Source: Eledone cirrhosa
Lineage: Eukaryota
Assembly: GCA_964016885.1 (NCBI GenBank)
Contig: OZ024749.1
Span: forward strand, 13,702,001-13,766,000
Length of the DNA stretch: 64,000 nucleotides
Reading direction: 5' to 3'
Made by a program: the position numbers and the translations under genes. The notes under the pieces are model-generated. The model did no database searches. It worked only from the letters and a program-made list of their open reading frames with translations, and was not told the origin of the DNA. Of the stretch, positions 44,284-59,914 are shown piece by piece. The number at the start of each line of letters is the position of its first letter. The stretch's first letter is position 1.

Positions 44284-46725
44284 TTAATTAGGTTTATAAT
44301 ATTTAAATGTTTTTTTTAGTTTATGATTACACGATATAATTAATTCCTGTCTTTTATTTAATAAGATATCCCTAGACTTCATTATTTCAAATAGTTCTTG
44401 GGAACATAATCTACATTCCTTTCTATTATTTTGATAAGGGGTGGCTCTTTTGAGCACACTCCAGGTCAAATCATATTTTATATTTTTATTTTTATAACTA
44501 TTGATTTTTTCTGCTAGAGATGTTGTATTAGCCAGTGCGGCATTTTTAAAGCTATGTTTGTGGGTATTATACCTTGTCTTAAAATTGTTAGAGGTAGCTC
44601 CTATATATGAGCAAATAGAATCTTTAGTTTTAATATTACATTTATAGACTATGTTGTTAACAAGACAATTCCCTTTTAATGGGCAGTTTGTTTTGTTTCT
44701 ACAGTTACATCCTTTCGTTAATTCTGTATTTGAGGAGATATTATTGTTAATTTGATGTACTGGTGGTATACTTATGGTTTTCTTACATTTATATGCATTA
44801 TATGCACTTATATTTTGTTTTATGTTATTTGTTGTAGAGTATGAGAATTTAACTGTAGACCTATTTAAGATTTGATGGTATTTGTGGTTTGGCGGGAAGT
44901 TTTTCTCAAGGATATAAAAAAATTTTTTAGCAATATTATCCTTAACTTGTAAATTAAAAGGAGCATTATACCAAGTAACCCGTCTATTACGGTTTCTATG
45001 TTGTTTATTATTTTTATTATTTTTATATGTTGTATCATGATTTTTACTAGGAGGATTAATGTTAATGATCTCACCACAACTATTTTTAGTTATATTTGTA
45101 GATTTAGGTGTTTTATCTTTTTTATTAGGAGTTTTATTATTAATATTTATTATAGTCGTATGATGAGTAGTTTTTTGAGGGTTACTATACTTTATATTAG
45201 AAGATTTAGTATTTTGGGGTATACTGTGGGTGGCATTTAGGTGTGTACTTTTCATTTGGTGTTTGTTGGTAATATTATGCTGTATGCTTTCAGTATTTTT
45301 AGTAGAAGGTATATACTCTAATCTATTTTTGTGGCCACTTCTATCTAGAGCTTCATTATAAAAGGTCGCATTTTTATCAAATACATCTTGGTTAGAAGAA
45401 AGGTTAGAAATTCTAAGTGATATATTATATGCAAGGTTTTTAAGGATAGATTTAGGGTGATTAGATTGTGAGTGTATGTAATGTAAGTTTTGGTTAGGTT
45501 TATGGTAAGGTTGGTATATACCCGTAGCTAAATCTAAAGTTATATCTAGGAAATTTACTACTTTACTTGTTTTTTCAAAAGTAATATTAAGATTATAATA
45601 GTCTTTAAGGAAAGTTCTAATATGCTTTTTGTTTTTTTCGATTTCTGAAAGGCTAAGGTTGTTAGAAAGAAGAAGACAGTCATCACGATATAAACCACCT
45701 TTGAGGTGGGGAAAAGAGGCATTTATGTTGAAAAGGAGAAAGAGGCCCACAAGATCAGTAATTTGGGCGGAATCGCTTGAACCCATAGTAATATCAAAAA
45801 GATTACTGTAAGTGTTTCTGGTCCAGTATTCATTCTGAAATTCAATAAGTGTTTGTCTAGCATGTGTAATAATGTTAATGTCATCCGAAGTTAAATTAGA
45901 TCTATTTTTAGCAAATATTAATGCTTTGTTCAGGAGTATGGGTGATATAGAAGAATAGTAATTATCTATATCAAATTGTAGGAAAGAAGCAGAAGATTTA
46001 CACCTAATATTTTTAAACCAATTAATTACCTGGGAGGTGTTTTCCCAGAGTGGTAAAATAACGTATTTTCTTATTTGAGGGATGACTCTATCTAAAATTT
46101 TTTTGCTAATTATTCCAATATCTGATTTGGAGGGACATATAAGTCTAATAGAAGGATTAGAGTTAAAGTTAGATTTGTGATCTTTCAGGTTGAAGTGTGG
46201 ACTTTTCAATGCCAAAGGTTCAGTTCTATCTTCAATATTTAGTTTTTTTACTATGTTGTGTGTTTTGTTGTTGATGTTGGTGAGTGACACATTATTAGAT
46301 TTTTTATAATTTTTTCTGAGTTCTTTATATATGAACTCATTATAATGTTCAATATCCATATGATACAAGTTACCAGTTTTGTCCGAGTGGACATGGATTT
46401 TTTTAGACTTTTTTAGGTCCAATAGGGTAGAATCAAGGTCCTTTTGAAAGACGGATTTATACTTTTTAAATTTGAGGTGTTTAATTAAATTAAAAAGGTC
46501 TTTCTCGAAGTCTTCAAGTAAAAAGTTGTGTGGTGGATTCTTGTAAGTGTTGAAATCATACATATATTTCCGATCTGCTTGTTTAGATTTTCTATCGAAG
46601 TGGTAGGCTCTCCATCTAACCCTTCTGATAAAATTATTAGTTTTCTGAATCATAAGGAGTAAGAAGTCGTCCTTAGAAGGTATTGGTATGTTTTTTAAGG
46701 AGGTTCCTAAATATTGTTTTTCCAT
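44284..46725 (-). CDS. Penelope-like reverse transcriptase + GIY-YIG endonuclease
   Basis: ATG at 46725; DKTG, FDIDNYYSSI, MGSSDSA, LYRDD, NFLDI; linker CNC-X5-CP; NIVY...YIGATSNNFKTRYNTH. Confidence 0.92.
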   Translation of the reverse strand: MEKQYLGTSLKNIPIPSKDDFLLLMIQKTNNFIRRVRWRAYHFDRKSKQADRKYMYDFNTYKNPPHNFLLEDFEKDLFNLIKHLKFKKYKSVFQKDLDSTLLDLKKSKKIHVHSDKTGNLYHMDIEHYNEFIYKELRKNYKKSNNVSLTNINNKTHNIVKKLNIEDRTEPLALKSPHFNLKDHKSNFNSNPSIRLICPSKSDIGIISKKILDRVIPQIRKYVILPLWENTSQVINWFKNIRCKSSASFLQFDIDNYYSSISPILLNKALIFAKNRSNLTSDDINIITHARQTLIEFQNEYWTRNTYSNLFDITMGSSDSAQITDLVGLFLLFNINASFPHLKGGLYRDDCLLLSNNLSLSEIEKNKKHIRTFLKDYYNLNITFEKTSKVVNFLDITLDLATGIYQPYHKPNQNLHYIHSQSNHPKSILKNLAYNISLRISNLSSNQDVFDKNATFYNEALDRSGHKNRLEYIPSTKNTESIQHNITNKHQMKSTHLNATHSIPQNTKSSNIKYSNPQKTTHHTTIININNKTPNKKDKTPKSTNITKNSCGEIININPPSKNHDTTYKNNKNNKQHRNRNRRVTWYNAPFNLQVKDNIAKKFFYILEKNFPPNHKYHQILNRSTVKFSYSTTNNIKQNISAYNAYKCKKTISIPPVHQINNNISSNTELTKGCNCRNKTNCPLKGNCLVNNIVYKCNIKTKDSICSYIGATSNNFKTRYNTHKHSFKNAALANTTSLAEKINSYKNKNIKYDLTWSVLKRATPYQNNRKECRLCSQELFEIMKSRDILLNKRQELIISCNHKLKKTFKYYKPN

Positions 46726-47630
46726 TGTGATATGGATGATGGACAATTGAAAGAGCTCAACTAAATGTATATGGGTTTACAAAATCATACATATATATAT
46801 GTTTATACATAAATATAAAATTAATACACACATACAGTACAAAAATACGAATATTTCCGTGAAAATAGGAGCAAAATTATGTAGATAAATCTACCAAGAG
46901 TTTACGGTAGTGTCCAATCCGTATGAAGAACTCAATGTATTCCGGATATCATGGAAAGAAGAGATGTAATGAAAATCCACTTTCGGTGAAAGATAAACGG
47001 TATACAGAGTCAAGATAAAATATTAAACAAATAATGAACAAACAATTCCTTATATTAAACAAAAAAAAGTTCACTATTTAACGATCGTTTTCTAGGGTAT
47101 ATATGTGTTATAATTGGTATGCATATTTAATCTAATACTGACCCCTCCCCCCCCCTCCCACCTAATTTCTGTATCTTGATCTTGAAATGTGTGTACCAGT
47201 GTTTTTATGTGAGTGACTTAATTTCTATTTGCTTAGAATTTTATATCCACATATATAAATGTGAGTGGGGGAGTGTGTGTGTTTGTATGTTCGTGGTTAT
47301 GTGTATATTTATGCATATACGCACATGTATGTGTGATTATACTGATATGTGTGAGTATGAAAAAAATATATTTATATGCTTGACTCCATAAGTATCATTG
47401 CGTATCTTATCAGCGCATTAAGCTTACAGAGATATTAACCTTGAAATTTTGTGGTTGCATCCATCTTTTTAGTATGCACATACAAATTATACACACATTA
47501 TTGTAAAATATGTGTAAGGTTTTTACATGTATATACACACACCAAACTGCTTTTAACCCTTTGTGTTTTTCATTGGTCAATTTTGAACTGATATTTTGTA
47601 TTGTTGTTATTATCAATAAATATACTTCAT

Positions 47631-47775
47631 TATTTCTGAAGACGGCGTATATATGAGTTAGGTATGTATATTTAATCTTGATAATTTGTATAATTTTGTA
47701 TAATTTTGTACATAGATCTGTTAAATATGCATACCAATTATAACACATATATACCCTAGAAACGATCGTTAAATA
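47631..47775 (+). ncRNA. Hammerhead ribozyme with ~115-nt stem II in inverted pLTR
   Basis: tattt CTGAAGA [gtatatatg/catatatac; ggtatgtatatttaa/ttaaatatgcatacc] GAAA cgatcg TT aaata. Confidence 0.75.
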
Positions 47776-47965
47776 GTGAACTTTTTTTGTTTAATATAAG
47801 GAATTGTTTGTTCATTATTTGTTTAATATTTTATCTTGACTCTGTATACCGTTTATCTTTCACCGAAAGTGGATTTTCATTACATCTCTTCTTTCCATGA
47901 TATCCGGAATACATTGAGTTCTTCATACGGATTGGACACTACCGTAAACTCTTGGTAGATTTATC

Positions 47966-48011
<46 letters not shown>

Positions 48012-48147
48012 CATATCCGCCAGTACCCTCCAATTAAATTCCAAGGAAGTCCATTCTATATTCCTCTCAACTAATTGGAACCAGTTCCTCAATTTTCGGC
48101 AAGCCTCTCTCATTTTATTCCAAGTCTCCATATAAATATATAAATAA

Positions 48148-48197
<50 letters not shown>

Positions 48198-48305
48198 ATT
48201 TTGTTTTTACTGAATATCTGCGCTGCGTTTACGATAAAATTGGAAGAAAAATATTTATTTTTTATATTCCTATATGTGTATATAAGTGCATATATACATA
48301 TATAT

Positions 48306-48379
<74 letters not shown>

Positions 48380-48425
48380 TATATGCATATATATATATAT
48401 ATAATATATATGCATATATATGCAT

Positions 48426-48470
<45 letters not shown>

Positions 48471-48514
48471 TATATATGCATATATATATATGCATATATA
48501 TATATATGCATATA

Positions 48515-48584
<70 letters not shown>

Positions 48585-49003
48585 CATATACATATATATA
48601 AGTATGCATATACACCTATATATATATGTATGTGTTATGTATGTGCGTATGTATATGTGTATGCATATATGCGTGTGTATATGTACATATATATGTGTGT
48701 GCGTGTGTGTATGTGTGTGAATACATGGTTGTGAGAATATATATACCTTTTTTTTAATGTTTGTACATAATTTATGTATACATACATACATACATACATA
48801 CATAGGCTCACACACATTCGCTCATACATGTGACCCCCCCCCCCTCCCCGAAGGGATATTCAATTTTTTGGTTATTCAACAAATATAAATGTTTATAACT
48901 GATTCAGAGCACTCAATAGAATTTCTGGAGTATAATATACAAAGATATTGTATAATATACAAAGATATTAAACAAATGGAAACTATATTTATAAAACCAT
49001 ATT

Positions 49004-49064
49004 TATTCTATTATATATATTTCAAGGGTACCAACATTTTGGTGCGCTATCATCAGATAAAATA
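49004..49064 (-). ncRNA. Type I hammerhead ribozyme within ~280-bp element 48850-49130
   Basis: Same family as 28971-29032. Confidence 0.8.
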
Positions 49065-49130
49065 CAAAATGTTTTATAAATGTTGACATAACCAAGGATA
49101 ATATACCTTAACGGTTCAAGTTAACCCTGG

Positions 49131-49399
<269 letters not shown>

Positions 49400-49489
49400 G
49401 TGTGTGCGTGTGTGCGAAAAGTAAACGAAAACCTTATACCAAACGATACAGCACGATGTATTATTTTAACGCTTGGTATTGTAAAAAAG

Positions 49490-49525
49490 TCTTAACGTTT
49501 CGGACGCTAGTTCTTCGTCAGGAGA
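49490..49525 (-). ncRNA. Degenerate minimal hammerhead ribozyme
   Basis: CTGACGA..gtcc GAAA cg TT aaga; mismatches in stems I and II. Confidence 0.5.
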
Positions 49526-49829
49526 TGGAAGATAAAACAAAAGAAGTAATAGAAAGATAGAGAGAGAAGAAAAAGCACCTGTGTTTTCATATGCTTATAT
49601 AGAGTAAAAGAAATAGATAAATAGGAAGATACACACACACACACATGTGTATACATGTGTGTGCGTGTGTGTGTGTGTGCATGTGTGTTTGTATATATAT
49701 ATATATATATACATATATAGAAAGAGATAGAGAGATAGAGAGATAGATGTTGGTATGAAAAGTTATATCGTTAAGTTTGTTTACTTCCAAACCTCAATAA
49801 AACAGGTATAGACCATCAACAGCAAGAAC

Positions 49830-50850
49830 AACAACACCCACCACTACCGCCACCACCATCACCACTACCGCCACCACCACTACCACCACCACCATCACCA
49901 CTACCGCCACCACCACTACCACCACCACCATCACACTACCGCCACCACCATTACCATCACCACTACCACTACCACCACCATCATCACCATCACAACTACC
50001 ACTTACCATCACCACTACCACCATCATCACTATCACAACTACCACCATCATCACCTCTACCACCACCACCTCTACCACCATCATCACCTCTACCACTACC
50101 ACCACCACCACTACCACCATCATCACCTCTACCACCACCACCACTACCACCATCATCACCTCTACCACCACCACCACTACCACCACCACCACCACTACCA
50201 CCATCATCACCTCTACCACCACACCACCACTACCACCACCACTACCACTACCACCACCACCACCACTACCACCATCATCACCTCTACCACCACCACCACT
50301 ACCACCATCATCACCTCTACCGCCACCACCTCTACCACCACCACCACTACCACCATCATCACCTCTACCACCACCACTACCACTACCACCACCATCACCA
50401 CTACCACCATCATCACCTCTACCGCCACCACCTCTACCACCACCACCACTACCACCATCATCACCACCACCACCACCACTACCACCACCACCACCACTAC
50501 CACCACCACCACCACTACCACCATCATCACCTCTACCACCACCACCACTACCACCACCACCACCACTACCACCACCACCACCACTACCACCATCATCACC
50601 TCTACCACCACCACCACTACCACCATCATCACCTCTACCACCACCACCACCACTACCACCACCACCACCACTACCACCACCACCACCACTACCACCATCA
50701 TCACCTCTACCACCACCACCACTACCACCATCATCACCTCTACCACCACCACCACCACTACCACCATCATCACCTCTACCACCACCACCACCACTACCAC
50801 CACCACCACCACCACTACCACCACCATCACCTCTACCGCCGCCACCTCTA
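49830..50850. repeat. (ACC)n-derived compound repeat
   Basis: Seen directly. Confidence 0.95.
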
Positions 50851-51122
50851 TACTTACTGCAATGTCACCAATCAACTTCTTCAGTCAGACACAAATTTAT
50901 CACTAATTTATTTTTCTTTCATACATTCTTCTTCTTCTTCTCGATGTCTTCATATTCCTGGTCTTACCCTTCAGTGGTGGAGTCATGCTGCCAATTAAAA
51001 CACACGCACCGTTGAAGACTTCCCTTCAGCCTTATTTTTATGTTTATCTTTATTTTCATTTTCATTGTTCCTCCACACCGACCACCTTCTCGTCCCTGTC
51101 TTCCAACGTTGTATTATTTCGT

Positions 51123-51505
51123 AGGGTGGTGGATTGGCAGTATCGGTAGAGGGTCGGACGCGATGCTTTGACGCATGGAGTTACGTCCCTTGCTCTTCTG
51201 AGTTCAAATCCCGCCGAGGTTAACTTTGCCTTTCATCTTTTACGGGGTCGATAAAATAAAGTACCAGTAATTGCTGGCCTTGTGCCAAAAGTAGAAACAA
51301 TTATTTCGTAGGGCGGTGAATTGATAGCATCGGTAGAGCGTCAAACACCATGCTTTACAACATAGAGTTATGGCCCTTTACGTTCTGAGTTCAAATCCCG
51401 CCGAGGTTAACTTTGCCTTTCATCCTTATGGGGTTGATTAAAATAAAGTACCAGTAATGCACTGGGATAATTGCTGGCCTTGTGCCAAAAGTAGAAACAA
51501 TTATT
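51123..51505 (+). mobile_element. Tandem dimer of SINE family 1
   Basis: Two complete copies 51123-51305 and 51310-51505. Confidence 0.8.
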
Positions 51506-52058
51506 TCGTACTTGGCATCGAGGGAACCTTTACGACCTGCTAGAAATAGCACGCTATTCTTCTCTCAAATAACAGCCTAGGATCCAGTATGGCCCATGAA
51601 ATGAGCCTCTATATAGTTCTGATTTGCTAGAAATGGCAGCCAAACTCTCTTAAATCATAACCTGCTATTTTTAAAGAAGAAGGATATGAATCAACGAGAG
51701 AGCTCTCTGTGTGCTCTGTGTGCTCATTTAAGCTGTTAGAAATAGTAACCTATCATCCTCATACTAACGTGAACCAAGATATGAGCTTTTAGGTGGTCGT
51801 TTCATTTGCTAGAAATAGTAACTTATCTCTCTCTCATATCACAGCTTACCCTATCTAAACGAACGAAGGACATGAGCCTGTGAGATGTAACTTGTAACTC
51901 TTCTGAGTTCTAATTTCACTTCTTGTCACGTGTGTATGTGTGTGTGTGTATGAGTGTGTGTGTGTGTGTGTGAGTGTGTGATTGAGTGTCCGCGTGTGTG
52001 CGTGTGAATATATACATATATATATATAAATGAAAAATATTCTCATAACCAAAATATA

Positions 52059-52113
52059 TATTTTGTTATACATATTTCAAAGGTGTTTCAGTACGTTTTC
52101 ATCAGATAAAATA
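52059..52113 (-). ncRNA. Type I hammerhead ribozyme
   Basis: atattttat CTGATGA aaacgt...accttt GAAA tatgta TA acaaaatat. Confidence 0.65.
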
Positions 52114-52536
52114 TATGAGAGATTGGATATGCGACATACCGCTACGGTTTTGATTATTCAATTCCAGTAGTCGAGTGCTTCTAATCTATTGTAAAATTGT
52201 ATTCGTTGAATAATCAACGAACCATATAAACTTTGGTATATATATATATATATAGTTTTGCGAGGTTTTTTATATGAAATCGTGTGTCGAAACAAATATT
52301 GTTATACTTGGGAGGGTCATATTTGTTAAAATTGCCAGAAAAGCGAAAACCAACCAAACAGTGAGTGTGTTCTGTTATTAACTCTGGCAATATTACACAC
52401 ATATGACCCTCCCCAAGTATAACAATATATATATAATTCATCGCCGCTATGAAGGACTTACTTTTTCATATGCCCAACCATTTGCAACGGGCAGCCCTAT
52501 TATTATCATATATATATATATATATATATATGTATA

Positions 52537-52642
<106 letters not shown>

Positions 52643-52742
52643 TATTGAAATTTCTGTTGAAAACAGAAAAGGTCACAGAAGTGAAGAATGCTCTATGTAA
52701 GTACCAGAGCAAAATTTAATGTATAAAAATCAATACAATATA

Positions 52743-52820
52743 ATTACCTCATTACCAGAGGTTTCCCGAATGAGGCGAATACGAAAGAAACGTCTTCATT
52801 CGTTCGTCAGACGAGGCAAT
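52743..52820 (-). ncRNA. Type I hammerhead ribozyme
   Basis: Copy of 39697-39774 with CTGACGA (change at the variable N7 position). Confidence 0.85.
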
Positions 52821-52823
52821 TAA

Positions 52824-54413
<1,590 letters not shown>

Positions 54414-54415
54414 AT

Positions 54416-54530
54416 GCGTGTGGCTGAGTGGTTAGAGAATTGGATTCGCAATCGTCAGGTTGTGAGTTCGATTCCTGGACCAGGCGATGCGTTATGTCCT
54501 TGAGCAAGACACTTTATTTCACGTTGCTCC
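54416..54530 (+). mobile_element. tRNA-derived SINE family 2 (CORE-like), 5' part
   Basis: A box TGGCTGAGTGG, B box GTTCGATTCC, then GTCCTTGAGCAAGACACTTTATTTCAC. Confidence 0.75.
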
Positions 54531-55749
54531 TTCTACCTGGAGTTGCGACCGATAGATAGTATTAGCAATTGGAAAGACCAACGGAAACATTGTTCCCTCG
54601 GTCCGATTTTAACGAAAGTCGATCGTCTCCTCTCTATATATATATACACACATATATATATATATATATATAAGTATATATATATATATATATATATAAG
54701 TGTATATATATATATATATATAAGTGTATATATATATATATATATAATGTATACATATATATTTATATTCACTCATTAATACAGACATATATGTTCATAC
54801 ACACACATATATACATAAAAACACATATTTGTATATTTACATACATGCAGCTGTAATTAGTGCAGTAACTGGAGTGGTTACCTTTGTTTTATGATCTATT
54901 GTAATATATAATCTATGTAAAGTGGTGATATAGCAACGTGACACTCCATCAAAAACCTCACAAATATACACCAATCACGTCAAACTTCCTGCAAAGATTA
55001 ACCCATGACAAACGTTCAATAGATACCCCAGCTACGACAGATCTCCTACTTAAAAAACTCTTCAAAATACACCAAAAATCTCTTCAAAATACACCACCCA
55101 CGATCAACGTTCAGTAATACCCCACACTCACATAGGACAGATATCCCCGCACCCCACCAAAAACTTCATATATACACCACCCATGACAAATTTACCAGAT
55201 ATTTCCACCCAAGTCAAATGTTCAACAGATGTCCCTCACCCACCATAGATGTCCTACATATTCCCCGCCTGCCCTCCAAAATGCACCACCCACGACAAAC
55301 TTCCCCCACAGTTCCAACCATGTCAAATGTTCAATAGAAGCCCCAGCCCTTCAGATATCCTACATATTACCTGCCCGCCGCCCCCGCACCCACCAAAAAT
55401 GTTCAAAAAATACACAACCCACGACAAACTTCCCACAGAGATCAACCCATCACAAACGTTCATCAGATACCACCCCTACGACAGATGTCCTATATATTTC
55501 CTCCACCACCATCACCACCAAAATGTCCCCGAAATACTCCACCCACGACAAATTTCCCACCGAGTTCCACCCACGACAGACTTTCAATAGATAACCAACC
55601 CACCAAAAATATCCCACAGTTCTCCCACATACGACCCTCAACAGATGTCACATATTCTCCCTCCCCGCCAAAAATGTCCCTCAATTCCCCCATCCATGAC
55701 CCACTACAGGGGTCATACATACTCTCCCTCCTACCAAAACGTGTCCCAC

Positions 55750-56108
55750 ACCACCCACGACAGATGCCATACATGTTCCCCCACCACCCATCACCCATAT
55801 CTCCTACCCCACCACCCACGACAGATGCCATACATGTTCCCCCACCACACCACCCACGACAGATACCATACATGTCCCCCCCCCATCACACATATCTCCC
55901 ACCGCACCACCCACGATAGATGCCATACATGTCCCCCCACCCCATCACACATATCTCCCACCCCACCACCCACGACAGATACCATACATGTTCTCCCCTA
56001 CCCCCGCCCCGCCCCCATCACACATACCTCCCACCACACCACCCACGACAGATGCCATACATGTTCCCCCACCCCCATCGCACATACCTCCCACCCCACC
56101 AGCCACGC
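55750..56108. repeat. C-rich minisatellite (CACCACCCACGACAGATGCCATACATGTTCCCC...)
   Basis: About 6 variable-length units; decayed units extend upstream to ~55000. Confidence 0.75.
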
Positions 56109-56284
56109 TAATTAACTGGACATTGGACCCCGCCTCCTCTTTCCTACCCTAGGAATACTCCAAAAACAACCCCATGAATGTACGGGAAACGAAACCGGGG
56201 AGGCAATATCTTTAATCCTTTCTCACAGAAAATTGTAGCCCCTACCTCCCTCCCCCACCAAATATCCCTACTTTGTAGCTGCTA

Positions 56285-56290
56285 TTGTTG

Positions 56291-56322
<32 letters not shown>

Positions 56323-56910
56323 GGTGGTGGTGGTGTTAGTGGTGGTGGTGGTGGTGGTGGTAGTGTTGTTGTTGTTGGTGGTGGTGGTGGTGAAAATGGT
56401 AGTGTTGTTGTTGTTGGTGGTGGTGTGGTGCTAGTTGTGTGGTGGTGGTGTTGTTAGTGGTGGTGGTGGTGGTGGTAGTGTTGTTGTTGTTGGTGGTAGT
56501 GGTGGTGGTGGTGGTGAAAATGGTAGTGTTGTTGTTGTTGGTGGTGGTGGTGGTGTGGTGCTAGTTGTGTGGTGGTGGTGTTGTTAGTGGTGGTGGTGGT
56601 GGTGGTGGTGGTGGTGGTAGTGTTGTTGTTGTTGTTGGTGGTGGTAGTGGTGGTGGTGGTGGTGGTGAAAATGGTAGTGTTGTTCTTGTTGTTCGTGGTG
56701 GTGGTGATGGTGGTGAAGGTGGTAGTGCTGTTGTAGCTGTTGTTATTGGGGGTGGTAGTAGTGGTGGTAATGTTGGTGGTGTTAGTGGTGGTGATGGTGG
56801 TGGTGTTGTTGTTGTTAGTGGTGATGGTGGTGGTGGTGGTGGTGATGGTGAAGATGGTAGTGTTGTTGTTTGTGGTGGTGGTGGTGAAGGTGGCAGTGTT
56901 GTTGTTGATG
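56285..56910. repeat. (GGT)/(GTT)n simple repeat
   Basis: Seen directly. Confidence 0.9.
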
Positions 56911-57186
56911 CATGTAGGCATCTTAGGCAAGTCTTTTTACTTATGTTTACGAATTGAATATTTTAACTTAATCGCATACACACACACACACACATGTATG
57001 TATAGATATATATATATATGTCTGTATATATATATATATATATGTAGTTATAGGAATAACCAAAGAGTACTTAGAAATACATTGTTTTATTAGCTAACAG
57101 TGTTTCATCCATACCCCATGGCAGGAATCCTCAGAGCCTATAAACATGAGTATATCAGTAGTTGCATGCTCCATCGAGCTGTGCGT

Positions 57187-57232
<46 letters not shown>

Positions 57233-57237
<5 letters not shown>

Positions 57238-57387
57238 CGGGTAAAATTCCCGAGATCCATGGACGAGTTCTCTCCAGCGGTCTCTGTCCCTCATTATCGC
57301 TGCCATGTCCTGCGTCTCCAACAGACCAGTGTCTGTCCTTAGGGCATCAACATACGTTAACCTTGGTCTTCCTCTTCTAGTGTGTCC
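57233..57387 (-). mobile_element. Short 3' fragment of RTE-like LINE
   Basis: Near-identical to 61135-61281; in (TA)n. Confidence 0.75.
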
Positions 57388-58213
57388 ATATATATATATA
57401 TATATAATAGTGAACCACCTCCACAGTAAATACCATAGATACCACCACCACCTCTACCACCACCAACACCACCACAACTGCCACCAACACCACCACCGTC
57501 ACCACCAACACCCACCAACACCAACACCACCACCATCATCACCACTACCACCACCAAAACCAACAGCCCACCACCAACACCACCACCACCTCCACCAAAA
57601 CCAACACCACCACTAGCACCACCACCAGCACCACCACCACCACCACCAGCACCACCAACACCACCACCAACAACACCAACACCACCAACACCAACACCAC
57701 CACCACCAACACCACCATCAACCACCACCAACATCACCACCAATACCACCATTAACCACCACCAATACCACCATCAACCACCACCACCACCATCACCAAC
57801 AACAACAACAACACTCACTCCACCAGTCCCAGGGCAAAAGTCATCGACGCTGGCTTCACTTCTTTCTCCAACTAAATCAATAATGAAAAAAATAATTATC
57901 TACTTTTTAAAGAATTTTAACAACTGTGAATATAAAGTAATTTTTGGTGCAACCTCAATGAAAACAAAACATAACGTGTGGGAGAGAGGGGGGCATGGGG
58001 TGAGTGTGTGTGTGTTTGAGAGAGAGGAGGAGAGTGTGTGTTAGTTTGAGAGAGAGGGCGAGAGCAAGGGAAAGAGAGGGGGAGATAAGTTGATAGAGAG
58101 AGGAGAGTGTATGCTTGAGAGAGATGGGGGAGAACAAGTGAGAGAGAGAGAGGAAATATGTTGACAGGGAGAGGGGGAGAGTGTGTGTGTGTTTGAGAGA
58201 GTAGGGGAGAGTA

Positions 58214-58249
<36 letters not shown>

Positions 58250-58574
58250 AAACAAAAACAAGAAGCGCTTATCTCTTGAATGTCGTCTGACAAGTCTTCT
58301 GTTAGAAATATTTGTAAAGAATATTTGGTTGGTTGTTGTTTCGGTCAAGTAAATGAATAAATAATGCATCTTCGCAGTTAATTTAGCTTTGAAATTTCAC
58401 TGAAAAGGAATTATTGGCACAGAAACTAACTAGATTAGCATAAGATGGAAGTAATACCGAAATAATACCGTAGGAATATCGTATTAATGTATTGGGTACA
58501 AGTTGTAGATGTATAGACGTACATACATATATACATACATGCATGTATGTATATATATACATACATACATATAT

Positions 58575-58615
<41 letters not shown>

Positions 58616-58696
58616 CATATATACATGCATACAAACATACATAAATGTATTCATGCATACATACATCCATATATACATACATACATACTACGTACG

Positions 58697-59050
58697 TACA
58701 TACATGCATATGTACATGGAGGCCCCACTCGGTCACGAATGACCATGGTTTTGCACCTAGAAAGTTTCCCTTCGAGGCACAATTCTGGGCAAGGTTGTTT
58801 TGTGGAAGACCAGCAGTAACCCATGCATACCAGTCTCTCATCTCCACGCCACTGATGTTGTTCAAGGGAAAAGCAATGGCCGATACAGCTTGGCACCAGT
58901 GACGTCGCAACTCATTTCTACAGCTGACTAAACTGGAGCAACGTGAAATAAAGTATCTTGCTAAAGGACACAATGTATCACCCGGTTCGAGAATCGAACT
59001 TACAACCTCTCAATTGAAAGCCCAATGTGTTAACCACTAAGCCATGTGCC
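58697..59050 (-). mobile_element. SINE family 2
   Basis: Reverse strand TGGCTTAGTGG...GTTCGATTC...GTCCTTTAGCAAGATACTTTATTTCACGTTGCTCC; other pieces at ~38125-38222 and ~59625-59900. Confidence 0.7.
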
Positions 59051-59914
59051 TTCACACATACATACACACACATACACACAGACATACATGTTGGCTGCAA
59101 ACTCGGCTAAGAGTATTGCAATCGCTTGTCAGATTATAGAGTTTGGTGCACTTTTAGGCTACGGCCAGCCCACGAACCTGTAACAGATCCTGAACAAGCA
59201 ATGCCTGTGCTTTGAAGGTGTTTTAAGTGGGGAAAGGCCTTGCACTCGACCAATCCCACTCTCTGAGCATCGAAAATACTACCCGAAAAGGAGAACTGGT
59301 CAACATCATCGGATGCTTCCGAAGCCGCAGGGTTTTTTTTTCAGAGTTTCCCTCTCCTAGAAAGGTGTTGTGACAACAACTGGGGGCCTTTCACTCCATA
59401 CATACATACATACATACATACATACATACATACATACATACATACATACATACATACATACATACATACATACATGATGGCTGCATCTCGATTTCGAGAA
59501 TTGCCATCACTTTTTTCATTCATGCGTTGGCACAGTCATGTATTTTTAGCTCTTCCAAGGACTTACATTCTTTTCTGCATGTGCTGCAGCGAAAGAAGAA
59601 GAAAAAAGGTTGTATGTATCTATGTATGCAATGTGAAATGAAGGGTTTTGCTCAAGAACACAACACATAATCCAGTCCAGAAATCGAACTTACTACATTA
59701 TTACATTAAGTCCATCACCATTCCGATTAGGCCAAGCTAGACTCACCCCTGGACAGGACACCTGGCTATAGCAAGGTTAAACCCCCAGCTATTTCTGCTG
59801 GAATTCATTCTCAGCTGAGTATACTGTAGCAATGTGAAATAAAGTGTCTTGCTCAAGAACACAACACACAATCTAGTCCATGAATCGCAACCATGACATT
59901 ATGATCACCAGTCC

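Larger units (their letters stand above)
40928..47969 (-). mobile_element. Penelope-like element with intact ORF, direct pLTRs and inverted 5' pLTR
   Basis: pLTR 40928-41629; partial direct copy 47018-47130; inverted copy 47131-47969; RT-GIY-YIG ORF; (TA)n at both ends. Confidence 0.9.

Noticed and set aside
54416-54486. Possible tRNA gene
   Set aside because: Has A and B boxes but no convincing acceptor stem, and runs into a SINE core shared with other copies
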